DNA of 64,000 nucleotides from positions 18,649,190-18,713,189 of the forward strand of contig NC_085846.1 in the NCBI RefSeq assembly GCF_035594765.1, written 5' to 3'. Under the pieces are notes generated by a model, which was given only the letters and a program-made list of their open reading frames with translations, ran no database searches and was not told the origin of the DNA. Shown here in pieces: positions 34,002 through 52,529 of this stretch; positions within the stretch are counted from its first letter, which is position 1, and each line of letters begins with the position of its first letter. A program made the translations under genes and the position numbers. This DNA comes from Anolis carolinensis (lineage: Eukaryota).

Positions 34002-37000
34002 TTTTTTTTCCAATATATTTATTGGGTTTTTTTAATTTAATACAGTAAAGTAAGATTACATCGAAAGAGTGAGAACATTTTGGTTGTGTAGAGAGTAGGA
34101 ATATAAGGAAAAAGAGAAGCTAGGAGAAGGGGGGAAGGGAAGAAAAGGAAAGGAAAAAGAGAGAGAGAAAAAAAAAGGAAGGGGAAGAATGTATACATAG
34201 ATACAAGCATAGATTAGAAAAAAAAGTACTATCTGACAACAGTGACTTCTAAGGGAAGAGATATATATATATATATACATATATATACATATGCACGCAC
34301 CTACACATCTCTATACGCATATATATACATACATACATAAACACACATACGTTAAAGAAAAAGAAGAAAAGTTTTAAAAAATAGAGAAATAATTAGAAGA
34401 AAAAAAACTAAACAAAACAAAAAAAACAAACAAAAATTGTTGACTTCCTTCTTGCTTTGACAGTCCTATAGTTTATTTCAGTCCATGTATTCTTGTTCCA
34501 GTTCTGCTTCCCCACTGTCTTCTTCTATTCCTTGAGATTGTGTATTTTCAACAAATGAGGTCTACCTTCATCTGTTTCTTTTTTGGGTAAGCCATGGTTG
34601 GGCATTAACCAGTATGTAAGTCGGTCCATGTTCATAATTTCTAGCACTTTGTGTAACCAGTCTTCTTTTTTCAGTGTTTCTGTTTGTCTCCAGTTCCTGG
34701 CATACACTATTCTAGCTGCAGTAGCCAGGAAGTTAAATAGTATCTCCTTGTTTTTGTCTCTTTCTATATCTAACATCCCTAATAAGAAATATTCTGGTTT
34801 TCTCTGAATTTTCAATTTAAGTATTTTCTGGATGCTTTCATTTATTTCTCTCCAATATTGTTGTGCCTTTGGACAAGACCACCATGTGTGGAAAAAGGTG
34901 CCTATTTGTTCGCCACATTTCCAACATTTGTTGGAGACATTTTGAGAACATTTTGAAATTTTGTAAGGTGTAATATACCATCTATACTGCATTTTAAACC
35001 AGTTTTCTTTCATGTCGTATGAATAGGTATATTTGAGTCTTTGGTTCCAGGTCTTTTCCCACTGTTTGAGTTCTATTGTGTGGCCAATATTCTGGGCCCA
35101 TTTAATCATACAGTCTTTTATTTGTTCCTTTTCCGTCGCCCACTCTAATAATTGTCTGTATATTTTAGATATTAGCTTATTTTCTGTCTCCATAATCTTA
35201 TCCCAGAATCCCGTTTTTTCTGCAAAGCCTATTTCTTTATCTTTTCTGAATGCTTCTCTAATTTGTCTGTGTTGAAACCATGAACAATTAGGAAAGTTAG
35301 TTTTAATCTCATGTTCCTCTTTTAGTTCTATCTGACCTTTTTGTTTTGTTAGTAAGTCTTCGTAGGTGGGCCATAATTGCCAGCCAAGTTCTCTTCTTTG
35401 GAGAGCTTCTAGGGGGGATATCCACATCGGGGTATATCTATAAAATCTTATCTTATACCGGTCCCAAATTTTTATGAGGCCTGCTCTTACGAAATGATTT
35501 GAAAAATTTCTTTCTATCCTTATCTTGTTATACCAAATATAGGCGTGCCAGCCTCTCCTTAAATCGAAGCCTTCCAGGGTCAATATTTTCCGGTTTTTTA
35601 GTGTTGCCCAATCTTTTACCCAAATGAGTCCTGAGGCTTCATAATATAGTCTTAAATCAGGTAAGCCAAAGCCGCCCCTTTTCTTTTCATCTATTAAATG
35701 CAGCCATTTTATTCTAGGTTTCTTACCCTGCCATATAAATTTAGATAGATCTTTGTTCCAATTGTTAAAGATTTTTACATTTTTGATAATTGGTAGGGAT
35801 TGAAATAAATATAGCAATTTTGGCAATACATTCATTTTAATAGTGGATATTCTACCCAAAAGAGATAGTTTCAAATGTTTCCATTTGTCTAAGTCCTTTC
35901 TGATATCCTTCCATGTCTGTTCATAATTATTCTTCATCAGTTGAGAATTCTTGGCAGTGATGTCTAGGCCTAGATATCTTATTTTATCTACCACCTGCAT
36001 TTCTGTTTTTTTTTTATAGTTCTTGTTTTTTCTTTTGTGAGATGTTTTTTGTAAGTATTATCGTTTTCTTTTTATTTAATTTCAAGCCTGAAGCCTTCCC
36101 ATACAATTCGATTTTGTTAATCCATTTCACTATGTTATCCAATGGGTTGTTAATAATACATATAACATCATCTGCAAAGGCCCTACATTTAAATTCCTCT
36201 TTCTTTATTTTTAAACCTTTCAGATTCGGGTCTTCTCTGATTTCGTTGAGCAGGATTTCTAGCGTCATAATAAACAGTAATGGAGAGAGGAGGCAGCCCT
36301 GTCTAGTTCCTTTACTTATTTCTATTTTTGATGTTTCTTGCCCGTTTATTATTATCTTCGCTTCTTGTCTTCCATATATTGCTTCTATGGCATTCGAAAA
36401 ATGGTATCCAATATCTATTTCTTTCAGCAGTAATTTTAAAAAATCCCAATTTAAATTATCAAATGCCTTTTCTGCATCTAAACTCAATAGGGCTAATTCA
36501 TCTTGATGGTTTTTTTCGTAAAACTCTATTACATTTAAGATAACTCTCACATTGTCCTTAATCTGACGTTTAGGTAAAAAACCTGCTTGCTGTTCCTTAA
36601 TCCATTCATTCAGAAAAGGTTTTAATCTCTCCGCCAAAATATTCGTAAAAATTTTGTAATCCACATTAAGCAAAGAAATTGGCCTGTAGTTCTTAACATC
36701 TTTGGGGTCTTGTTTTTCTTTGCTTATCATTATTATTGAAGCCATTCTCCAAGATTCAGGAGGGTTTTGGTCTTTCAATATCGCGTTCATGATCTTTTGC
36801 AAGTATGGTATTATTTCCTCACTCATTGTTTTATAGTATATAGCTGAAAGGCCATCTGGACCTGGGGCTTTATTCGCCTTCATCCTTCTTATTGCATTTC
36901 TTATCTCTTCTACTGTTATCTCTTTATTTAATCTTTCCCGTTGTTGCTCCGTAATCTTTTGCAAGTTCTGTTTGTTTAGGAGAGACATTACATCTTCTAT

Positions 37001-37432
37001 GTTGATTTGATCTTTGGTGTAAAGTTTACTATAATATTTGTGGAATTGTTTGAGTATATCCTGATTATTTGTATAATTTTTGCCATCTGTGTGAATTTCA
37101 GTTATAATTCGTGCTTGCCTGGTTTTTTGAATTTTCCTAGATAACCATCGTCCAGGTTTGTTGGCATGTTGGAAATTTTGTTGTTTTATATATTTTAATT
37201 GTTTTGCCATTTGTTCTGTTTCTAAGTAGTCTCTTTGAACTAACCAATAATTTAAATCTTGTTTTGATTTTTTGTCTGTAGGATTGGCTTTTAATTTAGC
37301 TTCTATTTGTGTTATTTGTTGATTTATTTTTTCCATTTTTTCTCTTCTTGACTTGTTCTTCTGTGCATTGTGTTGAATGAAATATCCTCGTATGACCGCT
37401 TTACTGGCGTCCCATACTGTCTGAATTGATAC
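34002..37432 (-). mobile_element. 5'-truncated LINE-1 (ORF2 RT and C-terminal domain plus 3' UTR)
   Basis: ORFs 36014-37468 (KAPGPDG, YRPISLLN, LDAEKAFD, GTRQGC, FADD) and 34525-36000 (RYLG, CWKC..H..WSC knuckle); TSD ACAGACAGCACTGATTTT at 33988-34005 and 37433-37450; TT/AAAA endonuclease site. Confidence 0.95.
34525..36000 (-). pseudogene. L1 ORF2 fragment, C-terminal part
   Basis: 491-aa ORF continuing ORF2 after the frameshift; contains the Cys/His knuckle. Confidence 0.88.
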
Positions 37433-37468
37433 ACAGACAGCACTGATTTTAAGCAGTTCAGTTTCCAT
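36014..37468 (-). pseudogene. L1 ORF2 fragment, reverse transcriptase domain (endonuclease missing)
   Basis: 484-aa ORF with RT motifs; ends at a frameshift in the A-run near 36007-36016. Confidence 0.88.
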
Positions 37469-38419
37469 TCAAGCTTCCTGCCCCCCCCTCCCCCCCAAAA
37501 AAAATGGCTGAGAGAACAGGCTGGCTGTTGTTGGCTTCTGACAGCCTAATCAGCTGTGGGAGATGCCTTCTGGGCAGGGACACTCCAGGATTTCCTTGTG
37601 ACCATATTTGGAGGGGTCAGGTGGCTTCTGATCAGCATCATAGTCCACCTTTGGGTTATAAAGGTGCGGTTGTGATAGTCAAGTGTCAGAGATTTCTGAA
37701 ACAAAGGACCCAGACTTGGATGTATACTGTGAGTTTTGTTTCAAGCATTTTGAAACAAAAGGCGATGATCTCTTGTAATCAAGCTTTGGATGTCAAATAA
37801 AGGAATTCAAATGAAAGTACATACTTTGAGTCCCTGTTTTGGCGTCTAGCAATCTCTCGGTTCAGTTTAGACAATCAGCTGAGCTATCAGATCTAGAGCA
37901 CAGACTGCCTGTTGATTCACATATGATTGTATACAATGGGTCCCAATTGTCCCTTTTGTCTAGGACAACTGAGGAAATTCCTCAGTGGGGTCACAAGAAG
38001 GTGAAGAATCCTGTGGCTTGTTTGTGTAAATCATATAGCTGATACATATATTCGATATATATTTGATACATATAGGAACAAGGCAGGAAATAAAGAATAC
38101 AAGATAGACAAAAAGTTTTCAAAAAAGGATACATTTTATCAAAGGGTTGGGAAAGGATAGAGTCTTTGTATGAGTTTTACTGTTGCAGATCTGGTCTGTA
38201 TGTGTGTTATATGTATCAGTGCATATTTGTGGGCCTTTAATAAAATGAATATAAACATTGAAATTGAAGTTTAAGAGGGAATTGTGGCTGCTGCTCGCTC
38301 TTTGCTAGAGTTGTGGAAGTCCAGTGGAGAAGGGAAAGAAAATAATTTGTTTTATTCTGTGCCCTTGGCGCACCATAAATAATTGAGGTGAGGGGTGTTG
38401 TGTTTGACGGACAAACATG

Positions 38420-38800
38420 AAGGCATGTAAGATCTCACAAAGAGCTATCCATTTGTAAATGGAGACCTGGGCACATTTCTGGGGGTGCCCTCCATCTAGA
38501 TTATGTCCACAATTTCCCTGGCAGGAGTTCTGAGAGAAGAGGCAGAGAAATCTCATAATTCAGCCATGTTTCCTTCCCCAAACATCCTACCTCCTGTCTC
38601 TTCCTCTGTTTACTAAATGGCTCACAATTCCAATTTATTCTCAGTATTACCTCATTGGACATAAGTACCAATGAGAATATAATGAGGTATGGGTTTAAAT
38701 TTTGATATGGAACTGGATTTTTCTGCAGCAAGTCAGTGCATGAGGACACTTTGAATTTCCACTGCCTTTGTGCTCAAAAGGCTTTTTTGTATCCTAGGAG
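38420..38800 (-). pseudogene. Inverted SULT1 pseudogene fragment (coding exons 1-2), copy B
   Basis: Reverse complement reads KAVEIQSVLMH*LAAEK..FKPIPHYILIGTYVQ*G|gtaata, then cctgccag|g..EIVDI..GGHPQKCAQVSIYKWI. Confidence 0.78.
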
Positions 38801-40485
38801 AGTTTCTCTGACAGCAAGGTAGTTCTTGAGTGGGTATTCTCTTGTGTGAAGGCTAACGATTCTGCCATCAACCTCTGCAAACATTTCACACATTGATAGC
38901 TAATCAGACTTTTTGGGCCACATATATTTGCTGCTGTTGTTAAAGAATCATGTTGTTGCTTCATCTGCAACCCCCTTCCAGCAATCTTTTTTCATCTTCA
39001 AGGTCCAAAGGCAGTATTCTCAAAAGGCAATGCTCACTCGGCTCCTTCTAAGGTACAAAAATATGTAATATGTAACTAGGCTATTGCATAAATGCAGAAG
39101 CACCTATTAGGAGCTGGAGCAAGCACCCACCCAAGCATTGGATTTGGTGTTTCAGACTTCAGATTCAACCAGGTCTCGCTTCCAACAACAGAGTAGTATA
39201 TTTGGTGATCACCAATCAAACGTAAATATATAAAAATGAGTGGGTGTTCTAAACAGCATTTATTCATATAGTAATGTCCCACTTCCACTGTTCCACCAAG
39301 CCATAGAAACACTAGATGGGAGCCCAGTGCTAAGAGTATTTGGCAAGAGTATTGTGGAGAGAAGGAAGATAGGTGGAAGGAAGGTTTGTTGCTCTGTGAA
39401 TGGATGCTCTTTTGATGGTGTTATACACATACACACTTTTTAAAGAGTTGCATGGGATCTCAATGTGTTAATTTTCTTCCTGAAGGGAGCACTGAGTCAT
39501 TTTCTTATTTCTCCAAGAAAATTTCTGGAAAATTACATTTTAATGACTATGCACAATTCAGGACTTGTTAACTGGCAAATCAATTTCGATTTATGGTAAA
39601 CCTACAGGAGACCTCTATGTTACCCTGTAATCAGTAAATTCAGGGCTCTGGCTTCCTTGACTGAGTCTATTCATATGTAATATGGCCATCCTTTTTTCAT
39701 GACTGCCTGCCACTTTCTCTGCTTCATAGCCAAGTTCAACCTGGTTTCTTCACACACACCCCAAATCCCTGAAGGGGAGTCCCCCAATTACACCAGTGCT
39801 GAATAGACCTAGGTACTGAGAATCCCAGATTCGGGGTCCATACTAATTGCCACAAAAGGTGGCCCTAACATTGCAACATGACCAGTATTGCAGTCAATAC
39901 TGGCCACCAATTCTGAACACACAGAAAGCCTACTCCCCCTGCATCTGGCTTCTTGTATCATGGGTTTGAAGCTCCCCTGTAACAAACCAAAGGTTTACCA
40001 CCACACAGTGTCACTGTGGAGTCATTCCAAGCCAGGCTTCAACTCATGTTGAAAGGCTACATCTCAAAAAATGAGGAACTCCCATTTGTAGACAGCTGAA
40101 AGAGCTTCGAATTGGTGTTCAAAGTGTTTTCAGGTGGTTCAATAATATAAAAGCACTGTGCAGTGAGTTTGAGGACACTAATGTGCCATTGTGGCCATGT
40201 TGGGAGCATTACTTTGAATACCGCACTTCCCTGTGGCCATAGTGCTAGTCATTTAACTTCCTGCAAGCAAACTGAGAAGTCTTTAGGCTGCAAAGTCATA
40301 ATTTTCCTCTTTCTTTCCATTCATTTTTTTTAAAGTTCAGAATTGCAGTTTTACTGCTAATTCCAGAAGGAATTTCTCTTGTTGATTGAGGATGCTCATA
40401 CTGTTTGCAAGCTAGCCGGTACAAATTCCAGGCTGAGCAGATTTGGAGACAACACACTAATGTGCCACAACTCAATTTGGAAAGC

Positions 40486-40772
40486 TCTGGGGGGGGGGGG
40501 GGGTGCTCATCTCCATTTCTAAGCCGAACAGCCAGCATTGTCCATAGATGACTCCAAGGTCATGTGGCCAGCATGATTGCATGGAGCGCCATTACCTTCC
40601 CACCGGAGCGGTACCTATTGATCTACTCACATTTGCATGTTTTTGAATTGTTAGGTTGGCAGAAGCTGGGGCTAATAGTGGGAGCTCACCTCACTCCCTG
40701 GATTCGAACAGCCATTCTTTCGGTCAGTAAGTTCCGCAGCTCAGTGGTTTAATCCGCTGTGCCATTGGGGGC
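40486..40772 (-). mobile_element. Sauria SINE
   Basis: Reverse complement of the 7838 and 15192 family. Confidence 0.82.
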
Positions 40773-41623
40773 ACATACATATACATACATACACATACAT
40801 AAATGGCAATAATACAGTGTATGGGAACACAGCATATCTCATGAAAACTTCTCATTTATATTTTAACAAATATATTCTTTGTAAGAGAACAACATACATT
40901 TCCCATTTTTGTGTTGTTTCTTGTTATGCTGTTACACACTGAAGCCAACAACACGCTAACGTACCACAACTCCATTTGGAAAGCTCTGATCTACACTGTA
41001 TAATTCATGCAGCTTGATACCACATGAAGCATAATGACTTTGGTTTGTAGCTATACTGGCAATACATCAAGTACTACTTGAAAATGGTGATGAACCATCA
41101 GAGGTAATGTGGTATGAATGACAGGAATAGCAAGTAGGAGAACGGAGAAAGCTCACTGCTGCCATCCTCTTCCAGAAATCTCTGCCCATCTTCAGGTTCA
41201 GTGGGCATGCCCACTTGGCTCCTTCTAAGGAGATTAATGTAATGTGCATCTAGGTTCTTGCATGGTTTTCGGAGAACCTATTAGGAGCTGGAACAGATAC
41301 CCACCCTACCTTAGACTTTGGTCTTTGATTCTTCAGGTTCAATCTGGTCTGTCCATCCAACAACAAAATAGTAGCACTGGTGGTCTGCAATAAATAGTAA
41401 GTATGCAAAAGGTTGGGGAGGGGGGTGGTAAATAACATTTACCCATCTATTGATTTACTTTCCTCTTTGAATCTTGGAAGGGAGCACAGAGCTTTTAAAA
41501 AAAGATCTGATAGGGAACCAGGTATTGTGAGGGGAAGGATGATAGGTAGAGAGAAGGTATACTGCTCCCTGGGTGGATGCTCCTTTGGCACTCGGTGTTT
41601 CACCTCTTCTCTACATATAAGAT

Positions 41624-42326
41624 CAGGGGTCCTCAAACTTTTAAAGCAGAGGGCCGGTCCACAATCCTTCAGACTGTTGAGGGGCCAAATTATCATTTGG
41701 GAAAAAAAATTCCTGTGCACACTTCACATATCTTATTAGTAGTGCAAAACAACAACAATAGCAATGAAAAAACAGTACAATATTTAAAAATGAAAATAAT
41801 TTTAACCAACATAAACCTATCAGGATTTCAATAGGATGTGTGGGCCTGCTTCTGGCCAATGAGATAGTCAGGTTAATTAGGATTGTTGTTGTTGTGTGTC
41901 TTCAAGTCATTTCAGACTTTGGGCGAGCTTAAGTCCAAAATTATTTATTTATTCATTTACTACATTTATTTACTACATTTATATCCCACTCTTCTCACCC
42001 CGAAGGGAACTCAGAGCAGCTGTATGTACATAAAGTATATTATATTATTAGCATAGCACAATATTAGCATTATATATTACTATATTGAACTATATCACTA
42101 TACTGTAATATTATATGTAATATATAACATATAATTAATATTATATGGTATTATTATTAGTATTATGTTATATAAAATGATAATATTATTATCAATATCA
42201 TATGTATATACAATAATATTATTAAAACGGATATAAAAATATTATATTATAAATGAGGGCGGGGGGCCAGGTAAATGACCTTGGAGGGCCGCATCCAGCC
42301 CCTGGGCCTTAGTTTGAGGACCCCTG
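41624..42326. mobile_element. Non-autonomous hAT element, OC1/OposCharlie-like
   Basis: Perfect 16-bp TIR CAGGGGTCCTCAAACT / AGTTTGAGGACCCCTG; perfect 8-bp TSD TATAAGAT. Confidence 0.88.
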
Positions 42327-43499
42327 TATAAGATACACCAATTTCTTTTGTCCTGCATGAGATTTCAATATGCTATGCACCACATTGCCCAGCTTGGGAT
42401 ATTGCTCTTTTTTAATAAGGAAAAGCAGTTTAGTTGTCATTGTGAAAACATTTTTCAAAACTGCAGATTTCCATGACAATTTTCTCTACAAAATTAGCAG
42501 GTAGTTCTTTTGCGCAATGCTGCTTTCTGTGCAAAACAACAGTGCCCCAAGTTTGCACAAAGCAATTCCAGAACTGGAAAGATTCTCGTCAGTCCAGTTT
42601 TGTGCATTAAGATTTCTCAATGCTTCTAAAAATAATTTTGAAAATTCCTTTCCATTCCTAGCCCTAGCAGATTTGCTCAGACTCTTGTGGAGGTAAAGGT
42701 CACTTGAATCCTGGTAGCTGAATGAGGGCTCTTTAGTAGATCCTGGGGTAGTGGTGGAAGGGTAATGCAAATTCCTTTTCCTAGGGAATTATGCCCTTAT
42801 ACTGCACTGATGTAATGTATCACTAAGAGGAATCCACCATATGACCACAGCTCAATGCCTGAAAACAAAATCTACGTGTAATTGCTCCTTGCCAAGGGGC
42901 TTGTTTCATTGGATGCTATGAAGTGGCTCTGCCTTTGCTACTATAAATAAGTGGGAGGCTCACATGTAATAGACAACTCTTGTGTACTACTGCTGTCCAA
43001 TGAACCAAACACCACAAACTACACACCAGCCAAAACATCATGATGAGTCTTAATTACAACTCCCAACAATTAAAAAATTAACGGAAAACATGGAATATAC
43101 TCAAGTGTCATACTGTGTATTGAGTGCTTAATCCCCAGTTCTAATAATGAAAATAGCACTCTTTACCTAACTCCATCTGCTGAGAGATTCTAGGATATGC
43201 TATCTAGATAGTAACTTCCCCAAATAGTAAATTTCCTTCCCAATGAAAATTCAACAGTAGCTCTAGCAAAACAGAAAATACCCTCCCCTTGCTGCGCACA
43301 ACTCTCGCAGGCTCAAAAACACGCATACCTAATCTATTTCCTGAGCCAAGCATGAAATTCAAGAAGAAAAGCAATCAATGTTTAATAGTCTGAAAGGGGA
43401 GTGAAAATCACAAGAGGGAAGGCCACCAGTGAGAGAAGGTAGTAAAAATGCTTGGCTTGAAGATTGCTCACATCTTCACCTTTCGTGTCCTGCTAGGCA

Positions 43500-49283
<5,784 letters not shown>

Positions 49284-50174
49284 GCACATTTTGATGGGCC
49301 TCTGGAGACTTTCACAAAACATTCCTGGAGTAGTTGACTTCACTTCCATAGCAGTTTCCTTGCCAGATATTAACTGTGGAATTGCGATGCTTCCTTTACT
49401 GATTTTTATGTAGAATTTGCGTGACATGATCATTCCATCACGCTCCTCCTGGGACTGTTCCTAAGCTGCTTCTTTCTTTATCCTAATTGTGGAAAGTCCA
49501 ACTTTATTTAAGGGCCAAATAGTAATGCAATTTCCAGAGATCATTTGTATAATCGAAGACTACACAGATGTCTTTTACCATCAGCAATGAAACAAGTCAT
49601 GCAATGATTACATTGTATCCTTTGTAACACAATTTCTGTGGCATAGAGAAAAATGAGAGAGAAATGATGGAAAATGGTAGGGTTACAATTAAAAGATGAC
49701 ATCGCTGATTTGTGAGTCACTATAAAATTCCATATATGATTAATGTCTGAAATCACCCACAGGTATATGGCATGACCTAGAACAGCAGTTCCTAAACTGT
49801 GTTCTGCAGAACCTTAGGGTTTCATGAAAGTATCAGAGAAGTTCTGTGAAAAAAACTGTGCCACAGTATGAAGATTTTATTGAAATTCAATGTACTTCTG
49901 CTTTAAAAACAAAATTTGAATCTCTTTATTTACAAACCTATATTATACAAAACATCCAGGCAATAAATTAATGGTGGCGAACCTACGACACGCGTTCTGT
50001 TGTCCGTCCCCTCCCCCCCCCACTCGCCATCCCACCCCCCCCAGCTTACCACCCCCAAGATGTGGGTTCACAAAGCTTAGGGACAGTTAGGGTTCGGGGG
50101 GGGGGGCAAAGTCTTCTGAAGGGTTCCACGACTCAAAATGTTTTGGAACCGTTTTGGTAGAGAGAACTTGAGTA

Positions 50175-50566
50175 CAGGCAGTCCCCAAATTACATCCAAC
50201 TTACAAATGACTCAGACTTAATAATGGGGGTGAGACAACAGGAAGTGAAAGAAATCTACCCCTAAGAAGAGAAATTCACTCCTGAAAGAGTCATCATGGG
50301 GAAAAAGTGTCTCCACTGAAGCTTTATCTCCAATCCTTGTTTCCACAACAAGCCACATTTTTCAAAATCCAATTATCACAGGGACAGAAAGAGATGTGAA
50401 ATCTTCTGAACAGGGGCAAAGACAACAAAACAAATACCATGGGGGTGCTACTTCTATGCTTTGGCTGTATTTAAACTTTAAAAAGTACCCATTCCGACTT
50501 ACATACAAATTCAAGTTTAAAACAAACCTACAGGACCTATCTTGTTCATAACTTGGGGACTGCCTG
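50175..50566. mobile_element. Tc1/mariner (Tigger-like) MITE
   Basis: TA|CAGGCAGTCCCCAA...TTGGGGACTGCCTG|TA. Confidence 0.82.
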
Positions 50567-50942
50567 TATATTTCTCCCCTTCCCTTGCTAATATTTTGAC
50601 CTATGCATTGGAATAAACTAATGGAATTTACAAGACTATGAACTATTATGAGTTTGTTTCATTGGCATCTCAAACAATGTCTCTGTTTCATTCCCACAAC
50701 ACACTCATATGCTGAACTTTCCTTCAATTGATTAATAACTATCTGCCATGGAATCTACAGAGGTACTAAGACTGGACTTTGGATTCTATGCATCTGCAAT
50801 TCTAAGATACTTGCTGTTTTTAGATTTGTTTATATGGAAGAGGGAAAGTGCATCTTAGAATCTGACTGGGGCCCCACCCAAGCTGACATGGAGTGCATTC
50901 TATGGTCAGGGTAGATGCATATAATGCAGTTAACCTGCATTA

Positions 50943-51214
50943 CACTATGTAACAAAATTTAAAAAAGGATTTCTCTTTCTGTTTTGAAATTGTAATTTCC
51001 GGGTTAATTGTGTGGTCCTTACTTTGAAAGTAGTTGTTATACTCCAAAATTTTTGTGGATGCCAGAAACTATGTTGAATTATTTGAGATATTCATTGAAA
51101 AACTATAGCAAAATGTGCTGCAGGATGTCCTGCAAAAGGTTTTTGCAGTTTAATAAACTTTCCAATTAGGAAATGATATTTATAGCCCAGGAACAAAAAT
51201 TGTGTTACATAGTG
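50943..51214. mobile_element. Tc1/mariner-like MITE (partial second copy at ~53953-54150)
   Basis: TIR CACTATGTAACAAAATTT / AAATTGTGTTACATAGTG. Confidence 0.65.
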
Positions 51215-51339
51215 CTGGAAATGACAACTTTCTTCAAGCCTTCTCTAGTAATGCTTATCCATGATCCTGTTGTTTACTGTTTGTATATATGTTCTGGTAT
51301 GCAGCTTCCTTTATGATTCCTGAGAAGCTGTAGGAGGGT

Positions 51340-52500
51340 CTGCAGACGGACGGACATCTAGCTGTCTGTTCGTGTGACTGTCTGTCCATCTGCCCGTATG
51401 TCTGTCCGTCCATCCATTTGTCTGTGTATCTGTCCGTCCGTACTGTGTCTGTCTGTTCGTCCATGTGACTGTCTGCTTCCGTGTGCCTGTTCATCCGTCT
51501 CTGTGCCTCTGTCCGTCCGTCCATGTGCCCGTCCGTCCATCCATCCATCCATGTGCCTGTCCGGCCGGCCTGTTCTCCATCCGTTTGTCTGCCTGTCCAT
51601 CTGCCTTTCCATCCATGAGCCTGTCCGCCTGTCCGTCCATTTGTCTGTGTGTCCATCCATCCATTCATCCTGTGTTCGTCTGTTCGTCCACATGCCTGTC
51701 TGTCTGTGTGCCTGCCAGTCTGCTTGTCCATCTGTCTGTGTGTTGGTCCATCTGTCTGTGTCCGTCCGTCTGTTTGTCCATCTGTCCATGCGCCTGTCCG
51801 TCCATCCGTGTCTGCCTGCCTGTCTGTGTGTCTGTCCGTCCTTTTGCCTGTGTGTCCATCTGTCTGTCCTGTGTCTTTCTGTCCGTCCATGTGACTGTCC
51901 ATCCTCAATGTGCCTCTGTCCGTCCGTCCGTGTGCCTGTCCATCCATGTATCTGTCCGGCTGTCCATTTGTCCATCTGTCCGTGTGTCTGTACATCCATC
52001 CGTGTGTCCGTCTGTCCATTTGTCTGTTTGTCCATCTGCCTGTCCATCCATGCGCCTGCCTGTCTGTCCATCCGTTGTGTGTCTGTCCGTCCATTTGTCT
52101 GTGTGTCCATCCATCTATCCTGTGTCTGCCCGTCCGTCTGTGCGACTGTCCGTCCTCCGTGTGCCTGTCTATCTGTCCATATGCCTCTGTCCGTTGGTCT
52201 GTGTGCCTGCCCCTCAGTTTGTCCATCTGTCCGTGTGTCGGTCTATCTGTCAATGTGTCAATCCATCCGTCTGTCCATGTGTCTGTCCGTCCGTCCCTGT
52301 CTGCCTATCCGTCTGTGTGTCTGTCCGTCCATTTGTCTGTGTGTCCGTCTGTCCGTTCTGTGCCTGTCTGTCCGTCCGTGTGACTGTCCGTCGTCGATGT
52401 GACTGTCCGTCCGCCCGTCTGTTTGTTTGTCCGTTTGCCTGTTCATCCGCCTGTCCGTGTGTGTATCCATCCTCCCTGTGCCTATCTCTGTCTGTCTTTT
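51340..52500. repeat. Complex tetranucleotide satellite (TGTC/CGTC/CATC/TGCC)n
   Basis: About 1.15 kb built from YRTC-type 4-mers; produces many spurious ORFs. Confidence 0.92.
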
Positions 52501-52529
52501 CGGAAAGGCTTCCCCAGCTCATAGGAGGA

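Larger units (their letters stand above)
33797..38413 (-). mobile_element. Solo LTR (~1.15 kb; 33797-34001 plus 37451-38413) split by an L1
   Basis: TG...CA termini; 5-bp TSD GACAT/AACAT; empty site visible in the paralogous flank of gene 4 (~25025-25050). Orientation inferred from minus-strand ATTAAA followed by a GU-rich tract; uncertain. Confidence 0.72.

Noticed and set aside
34583-36543. Plus-strand ORFs opposite L1 ORF2
   Set aside because: Antisense shadows of the L1 coding sequence.
43380-43496. Possible gene-6 leader exon with a 58-nt intron (donor at 43439)
   Set aside because: Intron unusually short and donor weak (GTAGTA); cannot be supported without transcripts.
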